The notes: generated by a model from the letters alone, not told the origin. DNA of 64,000 nt from Mobula hypostoma (GCF_963921235.1 NC_086097.1:185878001-185942000); one strand, 5' to 3'; positions 1-14,109 are shown, counted from the first letter of the stretch. Made by a program: numbers and translations.

Positions 1-135
1 TTGAGGCAGATTACCATGTTCTTCTTAGGCTTGGGTGTAACTGAAGCACACTATTGAGGATAAAGGCATTGGTGAACACTCCAGCTAGTTGATCGCCACA
101 GGTCTTTAGTACTCAGGGTACTAACCCAGGGTGAA
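1..135 (-). mobile_element. Rex1/Babar-type LINE RT fragment
   Basis: Reverse complement resembles the Rex-like RT segment at 52150-52290 (gatcaact..ggagtgttc..aagaagaacatggtaatctgcctcaa). Confidence 0.6.
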
Positions 136-491
136 TATTTTCCATAGTATACTCCATAAGCTGCCTTCCCACTCACTAACCTGTCTCTATCCCCTTGCAT
201 ATACTTCACAGACCACTTCCCTCACAACTTTATAGACTGTACAAAGTCAGTCTTTGTCATTGAAATTAAGTGTAGTGAGGTCTCAGTACTGATTTCTGAG
301 CTTCTCAACCATTACCAGTCTACCAATTTAAATGTGATCTATTATTCCAACTCTCATTTACGTCATTTAACCAATTATCTATGCATATGCACACTAATAA
401 GTTACCCAGAACAGCATGTAACAGTCTGGAATATTATCAAATGCCTTTTTAAAATCTCCGAACACTGGATCAAACCATCACTTCTATTCTA

Positions 492-598
492 CAGTGTAGA
501 GTAGGCCCTTCTGGCCCCTCAAGCAGGGCTGCCCCAGCAATCCCCAACAATCCTGATTTTACTCTAACCTAATCACAGGACAACTTACAACGATAAAC
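492..598 (-). mobile_element. V-SINE (HE1-like) 3' fragment
   Basis: Reverse complement matches the 3' half of the SINE at about 19510-19600 (ttgtcc..tgattaggttag..gggccagaa). Confidence 0.6.
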
Positions 599-599
599 A

Positions 600-1529
600 C
601 TTCGGACAGGCACTTGCTGTAGCCAATCGCGACTGAGCAAATTCACTTCTTCTCCCTTATAGTGATATGCACTGGTAGTGTGATTGATTTTCATGCTGAA
701 GGAGAGCCCTGCCACAACCAAAACTGCTGTATCTGATCCCCCCTAAAAGTCTTCAGTCTGTAATGTGGTGGTGTAAGTTTCTTCAAAGGGTCAGGTCCAA
801 ACATATCTACCCATGTCATTTCACTGCTGAGAGTAATAGGACATCCAGAGTTGAGTTCAAAGAGAATGGGTCTACTGTTAATCTTCAAAACCATCTGTAC
901 AGGGGGAGCTGGCCCTAGACTATCTGAGCACATTATGAACCCCTCCAACTCTGTAACCATGTATTGTGCTGCTGTGGAACATTCTGGTTTGAATGGAGAC
1001 CAAAAGCATGTGAAGCGTCCTTTCTTTTGGCAAGCATATCAGACAGAACCTCTGTGTCATCAGTCAGTGGGTTTCTGATGAAATTCACCACAATGGTAAG
1101 GTTGGAAACCTAGAGTATAATTCCCTGTTTTCTTAGCTAGGGACACTCTGTTAATTCAGTATAATCTGTGGCAGTGGTAGGTGATAGGGATACTGCCTCT
1201 CCTTGAACTTTGCCCTGTTGCAACAGAACTGCATTCTTATCTGCTGTTCCCATGCCATTTGCAATGTCAAAGGCTGCCTTAAATGTGAGCTCTGATTCTG
1301 CCAACTGGCGGCATTGAATGCGAACATAACGTATGCCAACGACCAAGCGATCTCATATACCTTCTCGAACAGCTCCAAAAAATCACAAAGTTCAGTCAGA
1401 GTTCTTAATTCAGCAACAAATGTTCCCCTGAATCACTTTCTAGTTGAATACGAATGTTGAATCTAAAGCATTGCAAAATTGTAACTGATGGTTTAGGATT
1501 GTAATGAGACTCAATTAATCCCACAAGTT
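600..1529 (-). mobile_element. Decayed Gypsy LTR retrotransposon, gag C-part and protease
   Basis: Frameshifted gag peptides EELVGLIESHYNPKPS..RFNIRIQ and VVGIRYVRIQ..LAESELTFKAAFDIA. Protease-like PILFELNSG (catalytic Asp changed to Asn) and NLLSRDWL near 620-650. Confidence 0.75.
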
Positions 1530-1534
1530 CCTCA

Positions 1535-3447
1535 TAGAATTTCACAGAACATTGAATAGTACAGCACATTACAGGCCCTTCGGCCCACAATGTTGTGCTG
1601 ACCCTCAAACCTTGCCTCCCATATAAGCCCCCACCTTAAATTCCTCTATATACCTGTCTAGTAGTCTCTTAAACTTCACTAGTGTATCTGCCTCTACCAC
1701 TGACTCAGGCAGTGCATTCCACGCACCAACCACTCTCTGAGTAAAAAGCTTTCCTCTAATATCCCCCTTGAACTTCCCACCCCTTATCTTAAAGCCATGT
1801 CCTCTTGTCTTGAGCAGTGGTGCCCTGGGGAAGAGGCGCTGGCTATCCACTCTATCTATTCCTCTTAATATCTTGTACATCTCTATCATGTCTCCTCTCA
1901 TCCTCCTTCTCTCCAAAGCCCCAGCTCCCTTAATCTCTGAGCATAATCCATACTCTCTAAACCAGGCAGCATCCTGGTAAATCTCCTCTGTACCCTTTCC
2001 AATGCTTCCACATCCTTCTTATAGTGAGGTGACCAGAACTGGACACAGTACTCCAAGTGTGGCCTAACCAGAGTTTTATAGAGCTGCATCATTACATCGC
2101 GACTCTTAAACTCTATCCCGCGACATATGAAAGCTAACACCCCATAAGCTTTCTTAACTACCCTATCCACCTGTGAGGCAACTTCCAGGGATCTGTGGAC
2201 ATGTACCCCCAGATCCCTCTACTCCTCCACACTACCAAATATCCTGCCATTTACTTTGTACTCTGCCTTGGAGTTTGTCCTTCCAAAGTGTACCACCTCA
2301 CACTTCTCCAGGTTGAACTCCATCTGCCACTTCTCAGCCCACTTCTGCATCCTATCAATGTCTCTCTGCAATCTTCGACAATCCTCTACACTATCTACAA
2401 CACCATCAACCTTTGTGTCATCTGCAAACTTGCCAACCCACCCTTCTACCCCCACATCCAGGTCATTAATAAAAATCACAAAGAGTAGAGGTCCCAGAAC
2501 AGATCCTTGTGGGACACCGCTAGTCCCAACACTCCAATCTGAATGTACTCCCTCCACCACGAACCTCTGCCTTCTGCAGGCAAGCCAATTCTGAATCCAC
2601 CCGGCCAAACTTCCCTGGATCCTATGCCTTCTGACTTTCTGAATAAGCCTACCGTGTGGAACCTTGTCAAATGCCTTACCAAAATCCATGTAGATCACTG
2701 CACTACCCTCATCTAGATGCCTGGTCACCTCCTCAAAGAACTTTATCAGGCTTGTTAGACACGATCTGCCCTTCACAAAGCCATGCTGATCAGACCATGA
2801 TTCTCTAAATGCCCATCGATCCTATCTCTAAGAATCTTTTCCAACAGCTTTCTCACCACAGACGTAAGGCTCACTGGTCTATAATTATCCGGACTATCCC
2901 TTCTACCTTTTTTGAACAAGGGGACGATATTCACCTCCCTCCAATCCTCCGGTACCATTCCTGTGGACAACAAGGATATAAAGATCCTAGCCAGAGGCTC
3001 AGCAATCCCTTCCCTCACCTCCTGGAGCAGCCTGGGGAATAATCCATCAGGCCACGGGGACTTATCCATCCTAATGTATTTTAACAACTCCAACATCTCC
3101 TGTCCCTTAATATCTACATGCTCCAGAACATCAACCTCACTCATATTGTCCTCCCCATTATCAAGTTCCCTCTCATTGGTTAATACTGAAGAGAAGTATT
3201 CATTGAGGACCTCGCTCACTTCCACAGCCTCCAGGCACATCTTCCCACCCTCATCTCTAATCGGTCCTACCTTCACTCCTGTCACCCTTTTGTTCTTCAC
3301 ATAGTTGAAAAATGCCTTGGGGTTTTCCTTTACCCTACTCGCCAAGGCCTTCTCATGCCCCCTTCTTGCTCTTCTCAGCCCCTTCTTAAATTCCTTTCTT
3401 GCTTCCTTATATTCCTCAATAGACCCACCTGATCCTTGCTTCCTAAA
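1535..3447 (-). mobile_element. CR1 (HER1-like) LINE, 5'-truncated, young subfamily
   Basis: RT motifs NYRPVSLTS, YMDFGKAFDKVPH, GVPQGSVLGPLLF and KFADDTK, with a CR1 3' UTR and tail. Junction repeat cctca at 1530-1534 and 3448-3452. Several frameshifts. Confidence 0.95.
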
Positions 3448-3452
3448 CCTCA

Positions 3453-3900
3453 AAGAGGCAAAACTGAGACTCACCCAACTTTGGATGATGTTGAATGTTT
3501 TCGGACCGCATACACTGAGCAGGACACTGTTTTTTTTTATTGGGCTAAGTGATGTTAATTGCTGTGAAAGAAAAACAGTCCAAACGTTCGATGTAAACAT
3601 TCCAGGGGTATTGAGAATCACAGTATTCCTCAACTTTTCCAATTATGCTCATTATTCAAATGTGAACATGTATTCCAAAAAAATGGGTGTCACTGATCCC
3701 ATCTTCATTGCCACTGTTAGAATTAAAGAACGTTTCTCATGTCCAGTGCAGCTGAATAGGTCTGCTTTATGCGTAGTCACCCAGAAACAATGAACACATT
3801 CACTCACAAAATTAGTGGGTCAAATATCAACTGGTTGATGGACCAGGCTGCAAAATCAAGCAATCCCATGATGTCACATGACAGACCAAACAACGCTTCC
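3453..3900 (-). mobile_element. 5' part of the same Gypsy relic (gag N-terminus, PBS, partial LTR)
   Basis: Gag-like SVLLSVCGPKTFNIIQS. PBS-like TGGCAATGAAGATGGGAT (3713-3696) follows an LTR-like ..AACA end at about 3715. The far LTR boundary is uncertain. Confidence 0.6.
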
Positions 3901-5441
3901 CTTCAATGCTTTTCTTTTTAATATTGATGCTGGTAATATCTGCATCCCCTTCCAAATCTCCATGCACAATTCAATTAAATGTATGTTTCCAAAGGTGCAG
4001 TTTGCTATAACTTAAAAGTTTAATTATTTGTATTGAGCCTGGCTTTCCAACTTGTACAGCTCCTGGTGAATTATGTGTTTGCTTTTGTTTTAGGAACAAT
4101 TTTATCACATTTAGCATTTTCTTAAGTATGTTTATAATTATAGTGTTCACATCGCACAGAGTCAGATTAGTGTTCAACACATTCAAGTGGTATGGTGTTG
4201 CCGTGACATTTAAATCCTTAGAAATTTCTTGTGGTGAACTATCAGGTGAACGTCCTCTTCCTTTGCATAAGCTATTTCCATTTCAATCCACAATAGAAAA
4301 TAGGGTGAACTAGTTACAAAACAAGGTGGTTTAAACTTTTAACTGATTGTTAGATATACTATAGCTCTCATAACAATTGTTAAGGGCAATGCATTGTGAC
4401 CTGAAAAATGTTTTACCTTGTGTTGTCTCAATTACTTCACCAAACTCTTGGAAATTGTTGAAATCTATTAACTTATTTTTCCAAAGCGATATTCTCTGCA
4501 ATTAATTTCTGAAATGTGTAAGATAAGTTGGTGTTTACTACAATTGCAGGAGAAGAAATCTATAATCAATCATCAAACAAACTTTGATTGCTTGAAATTG
4601 CAGAATAGACAGAAAGGGATTATTTATCGAAAAACACCAGACTGAAGCTTATCCTCAATCAGGTGAAGTAACTTTAAACAGGTATCATTTCAGTCTTTCC
4701 TTTCTTCAAATACCTATCTCATTTAACTTTTAATGTTGAGAAGATACCGCCTGAACCACATCTTCACAACTGTTCATGAAACCAAGTTTCTCCTGCATTC
4801 TATTCTAAATCTCTTTTATTCTATCTTCTTTAAATGCCCTAACTTTCAAACCTTCAAGTACTTGAAACGATCTGGTTCTTTAACCTGTTCTGACTGTTCA
4901 GAAGTTTAGATGCTTTTCTCTTTTCACACCCAAGCTGCATTGCATCAATGACAAAAAGTCTCAATCTTTCAAAATAATCACCGACTTTATATTTCCTCAT
5001 ACAAGATATCATTCTAGCAAATCTGAACAATATCATTTGCAAGGCCTTAATATTCTTTCAAATGTATGAAGTTCAGTTCTGCATACAGCACTCAAAACTC
5101 TGACTTCATGCAGAATACTTACACAGAATTCCTTTTCAATATTTTAATATTATATAGATTGCATGAATACAAATACAAAATTCATAAGAATACAAGTAAA
5201 TAATACAAATTACATTACATTTAAGTCACAGTAATATGATCACAGTATCCCATATTCCAAGTCAATCATATATAAAAAAGATTGAATTATGAAATGAAAT
5301 AAAATAAAATAATTGTATTTTATTCAAAAAATCTACCCCCACTACCAAAATGAGCTGGTTGGTAAAAAAAAGAAAAAAGAAAAAAACCTTACCATATGAA
5401 ATTATAATAATAATGGCTCAAATCCATACTTTAATAACAGT

Positions 5442-8400
5442 TCAAAGATTATGAAAATAATTCAGAAAGGGTCCCCATAACATTAGAAAGTCATGTTTGG
5501 AATCAGAAATTGAACAATGAATCTTCTTTAGATCAAGACACAACATAACATCAGATAGCCATTGAACATGAGTGGGCGGGGCGGCCTCCTTCCACTTGAG
5601 CAAAATCGCCCTCCTGGCCACAAGAGACATAAAGGCCAATACCCGCAAATTAGGTGGCTTCAATTTTGTAGCACTATCCTCAACAATACCAAACAAGACA
5701 GTCAAAGGATTGGGCTTAAAGCTGACATTGAAAAGTGCAGAAAAAGTTTGAAATGCATCTTTCCAGAATTTTTCAAGGCTTGGACATGTCCAAAACATAT
5801 GAATTAGTGTGGCCACTCCATTAGTACATCTATCACAGTAAGGGGAAATATCTGTGTAGAAACAGCAAAGCTTATCTTTAGACATAGGAACTCTATGTAC
5901 CACTTTGAATTGTAATAAAGAATGATGAGCACATAATGATGAAGAATTAATCAATTTTAAAATAATCTTCCAGCTCTCTTCAGATATGAAAATCTGTAAA
6001 TTCTTTTCCCAAACTCCTTTAATTTTATCTAAAAAGGCCTTTTACAGTCCCAACAGTAGACCATAAATGTAAGATATTGAACCATTATCAATGGGTTTTA
6101 GATTAAAAATTGTATCTATTATATTCTTATCTGAACTTGTAGGAAATGTAAGTAACTGCGATCTTAAAAAATCTCTAATCTGTAAGTATCGAAAAAAGTG
6201 AGTGTTGGAAAGGTTAAATTTCGTTGAAAGTTGCACAAAAGAAGAGAGATTCCCTCCAACAAACAAATCCTGAAATCGTTTAATACCCAATCTATCCCAT
6301 TCTTTAAAAGAGAAGTCAATTAAAGATGGTTTAAAAAACAATTAGAAAATATGGGACGAGAGGGAGAATATCAATAAACCAAAATGTTTTCTAAACTGTA
6401 ACCAAATCCTCAATGTATTTTTAACCACCACATTGTCAATTAGTTTATTTAAAGATAAAGGAAGTGAGGATCCAAGTAAAGAAATAAAGGAAAATTTTAT
6501 AACAGAGTTGACTTCCAAGGAAACCCATGTAGGGCAATTCTCATGGTTAATGTAATATATCCAGAACATAATATTACGTATATTAACTGCTCAATAATAT
6601 AACCTAAAATTGGGTAAGGCAAATCCTCCGTTCTGTTTGGTTTTTTGAAGGTGAGCTTTATTTATACGAGGTTTTTAATTCTTACATATATAGGAAGAAA
6701 GAATTGAATCCAAAGAGTCAAAAAAAGATTTAGGAATAAAAACAGGCACAGCTTGAAAAAGGTATATAAATTTAGGTAAGATATTCATTTTAATAGAATC
6801 AGTGATCAAGAGAGAGGCGACCAATTAGAAAGGGTTTTTTTAACATAATTCAATAAATGTAAAAAATTTTCCTTAAATAAATCTTTATAGTTCTTGGTAA
6901 TTATTACTCCTAAATACGTAAATTGTTTTCTTAAAATTTTAAAAGGAAGGTTAGTATCGGTTGGTATTAAATTGTTTAAAGGAAACAGTTCACTCTTCTG
7001 TAAATTTAATTTATATCCTGAGAACTGACTAAAATTAGTCAGTAAACAGAACACAAATGGTAAGGAGGTTGTAACATTAGATATAAAAAGTAATAAATCA
7101 TCAGCATAGAGCGACACTTTATGAATAGTACCTGTCCTTAAAATACCAGTAATCTCTTTAGACTCTCGAAAAGCAATTGCTAAGGGTTCTAGTACCAAAT
7201 CAAAAAGCAGAGGGCTCAACGGACAACCTTGTCTAGTCCCATGTTGGAGTTTAAAGGGTTTAGAATTCTGAAAGTTATTAAGAACAAGAGCAGAGGGAGA
7301 TAAATAAAGTAATTTATTCCAATGAATAAAATTAGATTTTATTCCAAAATTAAATTTTTCTCAGGATGTAGACAGATAGTTCCATTCAGCTCTGTCAAAA
7401 GCCTTCTCCACATCCAAAGATATCACACATTCCGATATTTCCTTAGATGGAGAGTACATAACATTTAACAAAAGCCGTATATTAAAATGGGAATATTGAT
7501 TTTTAATAAATCCTGTCTGATCATCCGAAACAATAGAAGATACAATATTTTCAAGTCTGCGAGCCAACACTTTAGATAAAATTTTAGTATCAAAATTGAG
7601 TAAAGGGATAGGTCTACATGAAAAACATTCAGTAGGATTCTTATTCTTTTGGAGAATGAGCGAAATGGAAGCTTCGTAAAAAGACTGTGGTAGTTTTCCT
7701 ACCTTAAAGGAATCAGTAAGGGTAGAACTTAAGTGTGGTATAAGCAAGGAGGAAAAAGCCTTATAAAACTCTGCAGAGAATCCATCGGGTCCTGGGGATT
7801 TCCCAGAATGCAATTCTCGAATAGCCTGAGCAATTTCCTCCTGGGACACGGGTTGATCCAATTGCCTACAATCATCTAACGAAAGATTATTTAATTGATC
7901 TAAAAATTATTCATTGCAATATTATCATTAACAGAGTCAGAACTATACAACTTAGATTAAAATTCCCTAAAAGTGTCATTAATTTCAAGGTGGTCAGTTG
8001 TTATGTCTTCATTAATTTTACGTATTTCTTTAATTTGCCGCTTGGCTATAAATGGCTTCAATTGATTAGCCAGTAGCTTCCCAGTTTTATCTCCATGAAT
8101 ATAAAATTGACTCCTATCTTTTAAAAGTTGACATTCAATTGGATACGTTAAAAGAAGATCATACTTAGTTTTAGTTTCAATATGTCTCTTATATGTTTCA
8201 GGATCAAGTACTGAAGCACAATTATGGTCCAGTTGTTTTAACTGATTGGCTAGTTCATTTCTCTCTTTGTTAGCTTTTTTAATGATGTTTGCAGTATAAG
8301 AAATAATTTGATCCCAGATGTATGCTTTAAAAGTATCCCATATAATAAGACTCGATGTCTCTTCCAACGTATTTTCTTCAAAAAAAAATGAGTGATTTGA

Positions 8401-9198
8401 TTCTCCATAAGTTTGAAAGAGTCCTCATCGGATAACAGAGTTATATTAAATCGCCAAAATCTACTCATAGGGATAGGATCAGGAAGATTTAAAGATAGAA
8501 GTACAGGAGAGTGGTCAGAAATAGCAATCTCTTTATATTCAATCGATTGAACTAATGGAATAATTTGACTATCAATAAAAAAATAATCCATCCTGGTATA
8601 AGAATGATGAGCATGAGAGAAAAAAGAATACTCCCTGTCCGTCGGATGGAGAAAACGCCAAGCATCAACTATACCACATTTGGTTAGAAAGGACTGGATA
8701 AACAAAGCTGATTTATTAAGTGTGTCTGGTTTAATAGATGAGCGATCTAATACTGGATCTAACCAGCAGTTAAAATCTCCTCCCATCACAAGAGAGTAAG
8801 TACACAAATCTGGCAAAAATGAAAACAGATGTTCAAAAAATTCTGGATCGTCTACGTTGGGGGCATATGCATTAGCAAAAACAATCAACTTACTGTCTAA
8901 ACTCCCTGATACAATAACAAATCGACCATTAGGGTCCGAAACAACTTTATGCTGAACAAAAGAAACTGTATTATCTACAAAAATGGAAACTCCACATGAT
9001 TTTGCATTAAACAAGTATGGAATTGCATACCCTTCTACCGAGTAAAAAAACGTAAGCTATCACAGCTGCGTATGTGCGTTTCTTGTAAGAAAATAATGGG
9101 TGCTTTTAATTTTTTAATATAAGCAAACACTTTGTTCCTTTTGATGGGGTCATTCAGCCCTTTCACATTCAACTAAATAAGTTAATATTTCGAACCAT
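5442..9198 (-). pseudogene. L1 ORF2 (APE endonuclease, RT, CCHC knuckle), disrupted
   Basis: Start MVRNIN..NVKGLN at 9198, then MGGDFN and SDHSPV (APE), KSPGPDGF, SLDVEKAFDR and LYADD (RT), and CDRC..HMFWTC. Many frameshifts and stops. Confidence 0.93.
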
Positions 9199-9696
9199 TT
9201 TAAATACCAATCAATATGTAATTAAAAGAATTGGCCATAAGTTCTTAAGACTACAAAACAAACCGTAAGATAAGGTATTCAAACAAACAATCATATATTC
9301 AACCCAACACAGCTCCCAGAGAAAAATAGGCCCTACCCCTTCCCCCCACCCAAAGCGAGAAAGCTGATCAATAGGCAGTCAGCGAGCTAAGAAATAAGTT
9401 CCCCAAAAAATCCTGTTGACAAAAAAAACTCCAATCCTACAAGGTCATTATGTCCCTACCAAGATACAACGTAGAAAGAAAAATAACTCAGTATTGGAAA
9501 ATATGAAAGGATCAGTTTAAACAAATTCAAAGAAAGCTGTATTAAAATAAAGCCTCAAAAAGGGAAATAATAAAAAAGTATCAAAAAAGTAACAAAAGAC
9601 AGTGTATGAACAGCCAAAATGTAAGCTTAATGAAACCTTATTTCAAGTTCATATTAACAGAAGAAAAAAATTGATCAAATAAGAAATATGACAGTT

Positions 9697-10490
9697 TTAG
9701 ACTTCATCCTTCAGAAACTCTTTTCCTTCTTCAACCAACTTTATTCTTTTCCACAATCCGTTCTTCAAAACAATACTCAGACGGGCGGGGAACCGAAGGG
9801 ATGGTTTATATCCTTTATTGTAAAATTCCGACATAACTTTATACTTCATGCGATCAGCCATAACTTCAGGCGAATAGTCTTCCACAAATCTAACCATGTA
9901 ACTTTGGAAATCAATCATTCCTAGTTGACGGGTATGACGAATTAAGAGATCCTTAATACGAAATTCATGAAAGCTTAGTATGACCGATCTGGGTCTTGCT
10001 GCCGCCGACAATGGCTTCAAAGTCGGTGAGCGATATGCTCGATCGAGCTTTGGCTTGGAAGTGAATAAAGCAGGGAAAAGTTGTTTCAGAAAGTTTGCAA
10101 AAAACTTTGTAGGGTCAGCGCCTTCAATTGATTCTTCAAGACCCAGAATCTGCAAGTTATTTCTCCTATTTCTATTTTTGAGACTGATGATCCTTTTCAT
10201 CATTTTATCATTGGATAAAGATAACTCTTTGCAGAGTTTAATTGTATTGTCAACGTCCTCTTCAAGTGTCATCAGCTTTGCAGTATTTTCTTGAACTCAG
10301 TTCTCAGGCTCAGACAAAATTTGTTGAATTGTATCCAATTTGCCGTTAAGTCGTTGAAACTCCTCAGAAAATTCCGATTTTTGCCTTTTAAGGAAGTCAC
10401 TGATTGAATCCAAAGTGACTGGGGATTCATCTTCTGTTCCTCTTTCTTTTGCAGAAGCTTTTGTTCTTCTCCCAGTCAGTATTAAGGTAT
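9697..10490 (-). pseudogene. L1 ORF1 (L1 RNA-binding/Transposase_22-like), disrupted
   Basis: Coiled-coil region then RRNNLQILGLEESIEG, DRAYRS, RPRSVIL, EDYSPEV and SLRFPARL. The frame is broken near 10297. Confidence 0.88.
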
Positions 10491-11029
10491 TATAATAAGG
10501 TTTCAAAAAAAAAGACCGGTAGGAGTCAATTAAGTAAACAGGGTAGGAGCAATCTGAAACAATGTTACTCCATCAGCTGCCAACAGGGCTCTCACACAGA
10601 ATTCAATTTGCTTTGAAAGCTCTGGATAATTTTTTTTTGTACTTACCAGGTCTTATCTTATTCCCTCATCTTATTTCAATTCTTTGTAGCTTCCTTTGAT
10701 CTACTGAGAAATTAGTAATTCAATAGAAGCTACTTTAGAATCATCTAACTTTTTGATAGTATTGCTTCGGGATATGCATCTTCTGTTAAAGTGCACTCCT
10801 GGCAACAGTTCAGTTTTCTCATACTATAATGTCAAAATGTTAGGATAGTCAATATCGGGAAGATGATCAATGACTTCTCTTCAAATCCTTAACATACTTA
10901 TTAATTAAATTCAAAAAAAAAACATCAAAGATCATGGTGCAGAACAGAATTATGATAAAAAGACAAAATTAAATGAAGGTAAATTTATAAATACTTTAAT
11001 ATGTTCTCTTGTGTTTCTTTGTCTTAAGG

Positions 11030-11107
11030 CTGCTTGCTGCAAGAAGACAGATCTCAAGGTTGTATACAGCATATGTACTTTGATAATAAATACACCTTGC
11101 ACTTTGA
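11030..11107 (+). mobile_element. Rex1/Babar-type LINE 3' tail remnant
   Basis: atctcaaggttgtata..tgtactttgataataaat matches the tails at about 14700-14760 and 54370-54448. Confidence 0.5.
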
Positions 11108-14100
11108 GATACTGAAATATCAGATGAACAGTACAGTACCTGAATTTAAGATGCTGAAGTTGGTATTATTTGGAGACAGGCTATTATTTCTCTTAAGTTT
11201 TCGAACGGAACGTTTCCCTGACCAGTTAATTGAAAGTACCTCTGGTTTCACGGGACCTTGTCTATAAATGAAAAAAATAGCAGTTAGTTTTGCTGTTGAT
11301 ATTATCTCTACCTTTTCATTTCAAAACATGATGTTGAAGTTTAGAAATATTCCTCAAGGACAGTGAAGCTATTTAACTTCTTATTATACGCATGAGAAAT
11401 AGCAGGGAAAGATTTATATTTGAATGAATTTGTTCCTAATGGAAGTAAAACCTTTTCTCAAAGCTGCCTGAGCATAATATCTTCACTTTATAGCAGTCAC
11501 ATAAATGTCAATTTGGCCATTATTAGTCAGTGTTGTTAGAAAATGCTTCTATGAAGCCTCATAATTTATTTATTCATTAAACATTACACTTACTTTTGTC
11601 CTTTTGTATTACTTTTTGCTTTGATGAATGATGAGTCTCAAGCAGCGCTTTGAGCTTGTGCATCAGTGACAATTAGTCCACTTGCACTGCAGCTGGATGA
11701 TTTACGGAGTTGATTTTTGGGTGACTAAGCTTATAAATTTGCAGAAATTGCAAGAAACTTATGATAGTCTGTCTCAACTAATGGAGAGGAAAGCTCATTT
11801 CATACTGTTTTCATTGAGAAATGAAGTCCATGAAACCAGTTTTATAAAGTAGAAAATTATCTCTATCTGTCTCACTTCTTTCAGTTTCCCTTCAGAATGG
11901 TTCACAGCAAGCTTCCTTAAAGAGTGAAACATAGAAATGTAAAAGTATTTGAATAATTTGACTAACTATGGACTCATCTAAATGGTGGTAAACTGTGTTA
12001 GTTCATGATGTCAACTTAATCTGTAAATGTACCTTGCCAGAAAGATGTGCTTTCCTCAAGTAAATTTCCTCATAGTAATCAAGCCCCTACAACAACTGAA
12101 TCAGCTAACGATTTACTTTTGCAAATTTAAGTTTGGTATTTACATTGTATCACCCATACATTGAAAAGTAATCAGTCTCCACTCCATTGAATAAATAAAT
12201 TACAAACATTCCTAAGGTAGGAAACTTTCATTCTGAAAATGCTCTAATTGTTTGACCTAACTTGAATAACAGCTACAAAATCTATTTTTGCTTCTTGCAG
12301 CAATAAAATGGGCTTAAGTGCTTCACATGGTACTTGGTGTTATTTTCCACAACAGTTAGCTCCTGGACAATCTATTAAACAAAAGACAACTTGCAAAATA
12401 TTTAATTATATACAGTTTTCAATAAGATTGGGCAAAAGTGCTTTTATTTCAGTTGAAAAATTTCCAATACCAGTCATAAATTATAACAAACAATCCTAAA
12501 TTCAGAGTATGGCGTGAGTGTGATGAAGATTTAAAAAACCCTGCAGATCTGCCCATAGAAAATACATTTTGTGCAGTTTTTTGGCCCTCCGTAATTAAAA
12601 TAAGGGAACATTTGTATTTGAGAATATCAAATAAAATGGCACTGTGGAGTGGACCCACAAAAATTGTTTCAATGTTTCTACAAAACCATATTGGGCTTGC
12701 ACCTGGTATATTGGCTTAGGAGCTGTAAACTGCAATCTTTATTTTCTATTAGCTCACATGACATTAGGAGTCTTCAATTCAATACAGTAAACATCAAACA
12801 GCTTGTTACAGACTAGAGCATTACTCAGTATCACATGGAGGATAGATACGAAGAGAATATACACAAGGATATTTAGTCAACAAATGCACAGGTTTGGCCT
12901 TGACTGGCTTGTATTCATGTCAGCTGATTTATTGTGATGATCACTGACAGAGGGAAGACATCGTGGGAAATGGACTGAAGGATTCTCTTCATTCTTTTTC
13001 ACTCATGATGAACAGCATTACTGAGAGGAATATTTCTACATGGCACTGAAGAAGACAAGGAGCTGAATTCCTATCACACAGCATTACTTGTAAGGGAATT
13101 CCAATATTGCTGAACCTGGGGAAGAACCATTTAGCAAGCATACAGGAAGGTGACAGATTTTCTTTTTCTCAGGCTTGGAGATTATAATTTGGAATTCACT
13201 TTGCAGATTTTAATCAATTTAGATGATAATTGTCCTTGTTAAGCTACTGTTTCTGGCAGAGATGGATTTTTTTACTCATCGTGTCTGCAATGAACCACAA
13301 TGAGGATTCCATATAGTTCACAAAGATGGCAATACAACAGGTCTCTTTCTACCAAATAAGGTACAGCATTCTTCATTATCTTTTAAGTGGCTTATTGAGG
13401 CAAATAGAAGACATTGTTTCATACATTTAAATTGTTAAATTGCAGAGATCTTCTGTCCTTAATTAAACCATGAAGATGGTGAAGCAGTTTTGAGAAATAA
13501 AGACGTTTAGACTCTACTATAGCTTCATATTGGTTTGCAGTTACAACAATTCAGTGCCTACAACAGTTTTCTGGTCAATAATGATTCTAAGGATGTTGAT
13601 ATTGGAGGAAAAGACAATGCAAATATCATTTGTGAAGAGGAACTGGTGAGACTTAAAGGTACCATTGCCAAATGATTCTTGTTACTTTGCATTCCACTCA
13701 ACGAGGATTTTGGGACATGTCCTGCTACTTTGTTTATTTGTGTTCTGAGCAAAAGGAGTGAGACTTCTCAGCGAATCTTAGGATATGCCCTGGAAGCACA
13801 CCTTATAGTGAAGGCCATTCTTTGTCACTAATCTTGGCTTCCTGTTCTTCGCCTACTTCATTATCGTTTCTTTCTTCTATTCCTCCTGCTGCTGCAGAGT
13901 ATTCGAGTAGCGTGGCCTCATGGTGACTGAGTATTTATTGTTCAGCAGATGACGGAATAGTAAATGATTTTGTCTGAAGAGTTTGGAAAGGCCCAAAATA
14001 CCACACATTTTATTCCAAGCTCAACAGCAAATAACTTTCCAATATACCCTGAGGTAACTGACAATACCTTCAAAGAGTTTATAGATCATGAAGAGTATAC

Positions 14101-14109
14101 ACAGAATAC

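Larger units (their letters stand above)
5132..10593 (-). mobile_element. Full-length but inactivated L1-clade LINE
   Basis: ORF1 and ORF2 remnants flanked by an 11-bp TSD ACACAGAATTC at 5121-5131 and 10594-10604. Confidence 0.95.

Noticed and set aside
2773..3642. 289-aa ORF appearing to fuse gag-like and LINE sequence
   Set aside because: Chance in-frame junction of a CR1 inserted in a decayed Gypsy gag. Both parts are disrupted.
3305..3793. Plus-strand ORFs overlapping retroelement coding regions (also 2256-2594, 2912-3304, 29036-29467)
   Set aside because: Antisense shadows of CR1 and Gypsy coding sequence.
4417..4495. Minus-strand AG..GT segment considered as the next NECAB1 exon
   Set aside because: In the required phase 2 it hits a stop after a few codons, lacks the expected QGP..SIQWPGKR sequence and has a poor acceptor.
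13541..13645. Plus-strand 105-nt segment bounded by ttgcag and gtgaga, open in two frames (LQQFSAYNSFLVNNDSKDVDIGGKDNANIICEEEL)
   Set aside because: No recognisable protein, weak pyrimidine tract, antisense to NECAB1 and no partner exons found. Compatible with chance.
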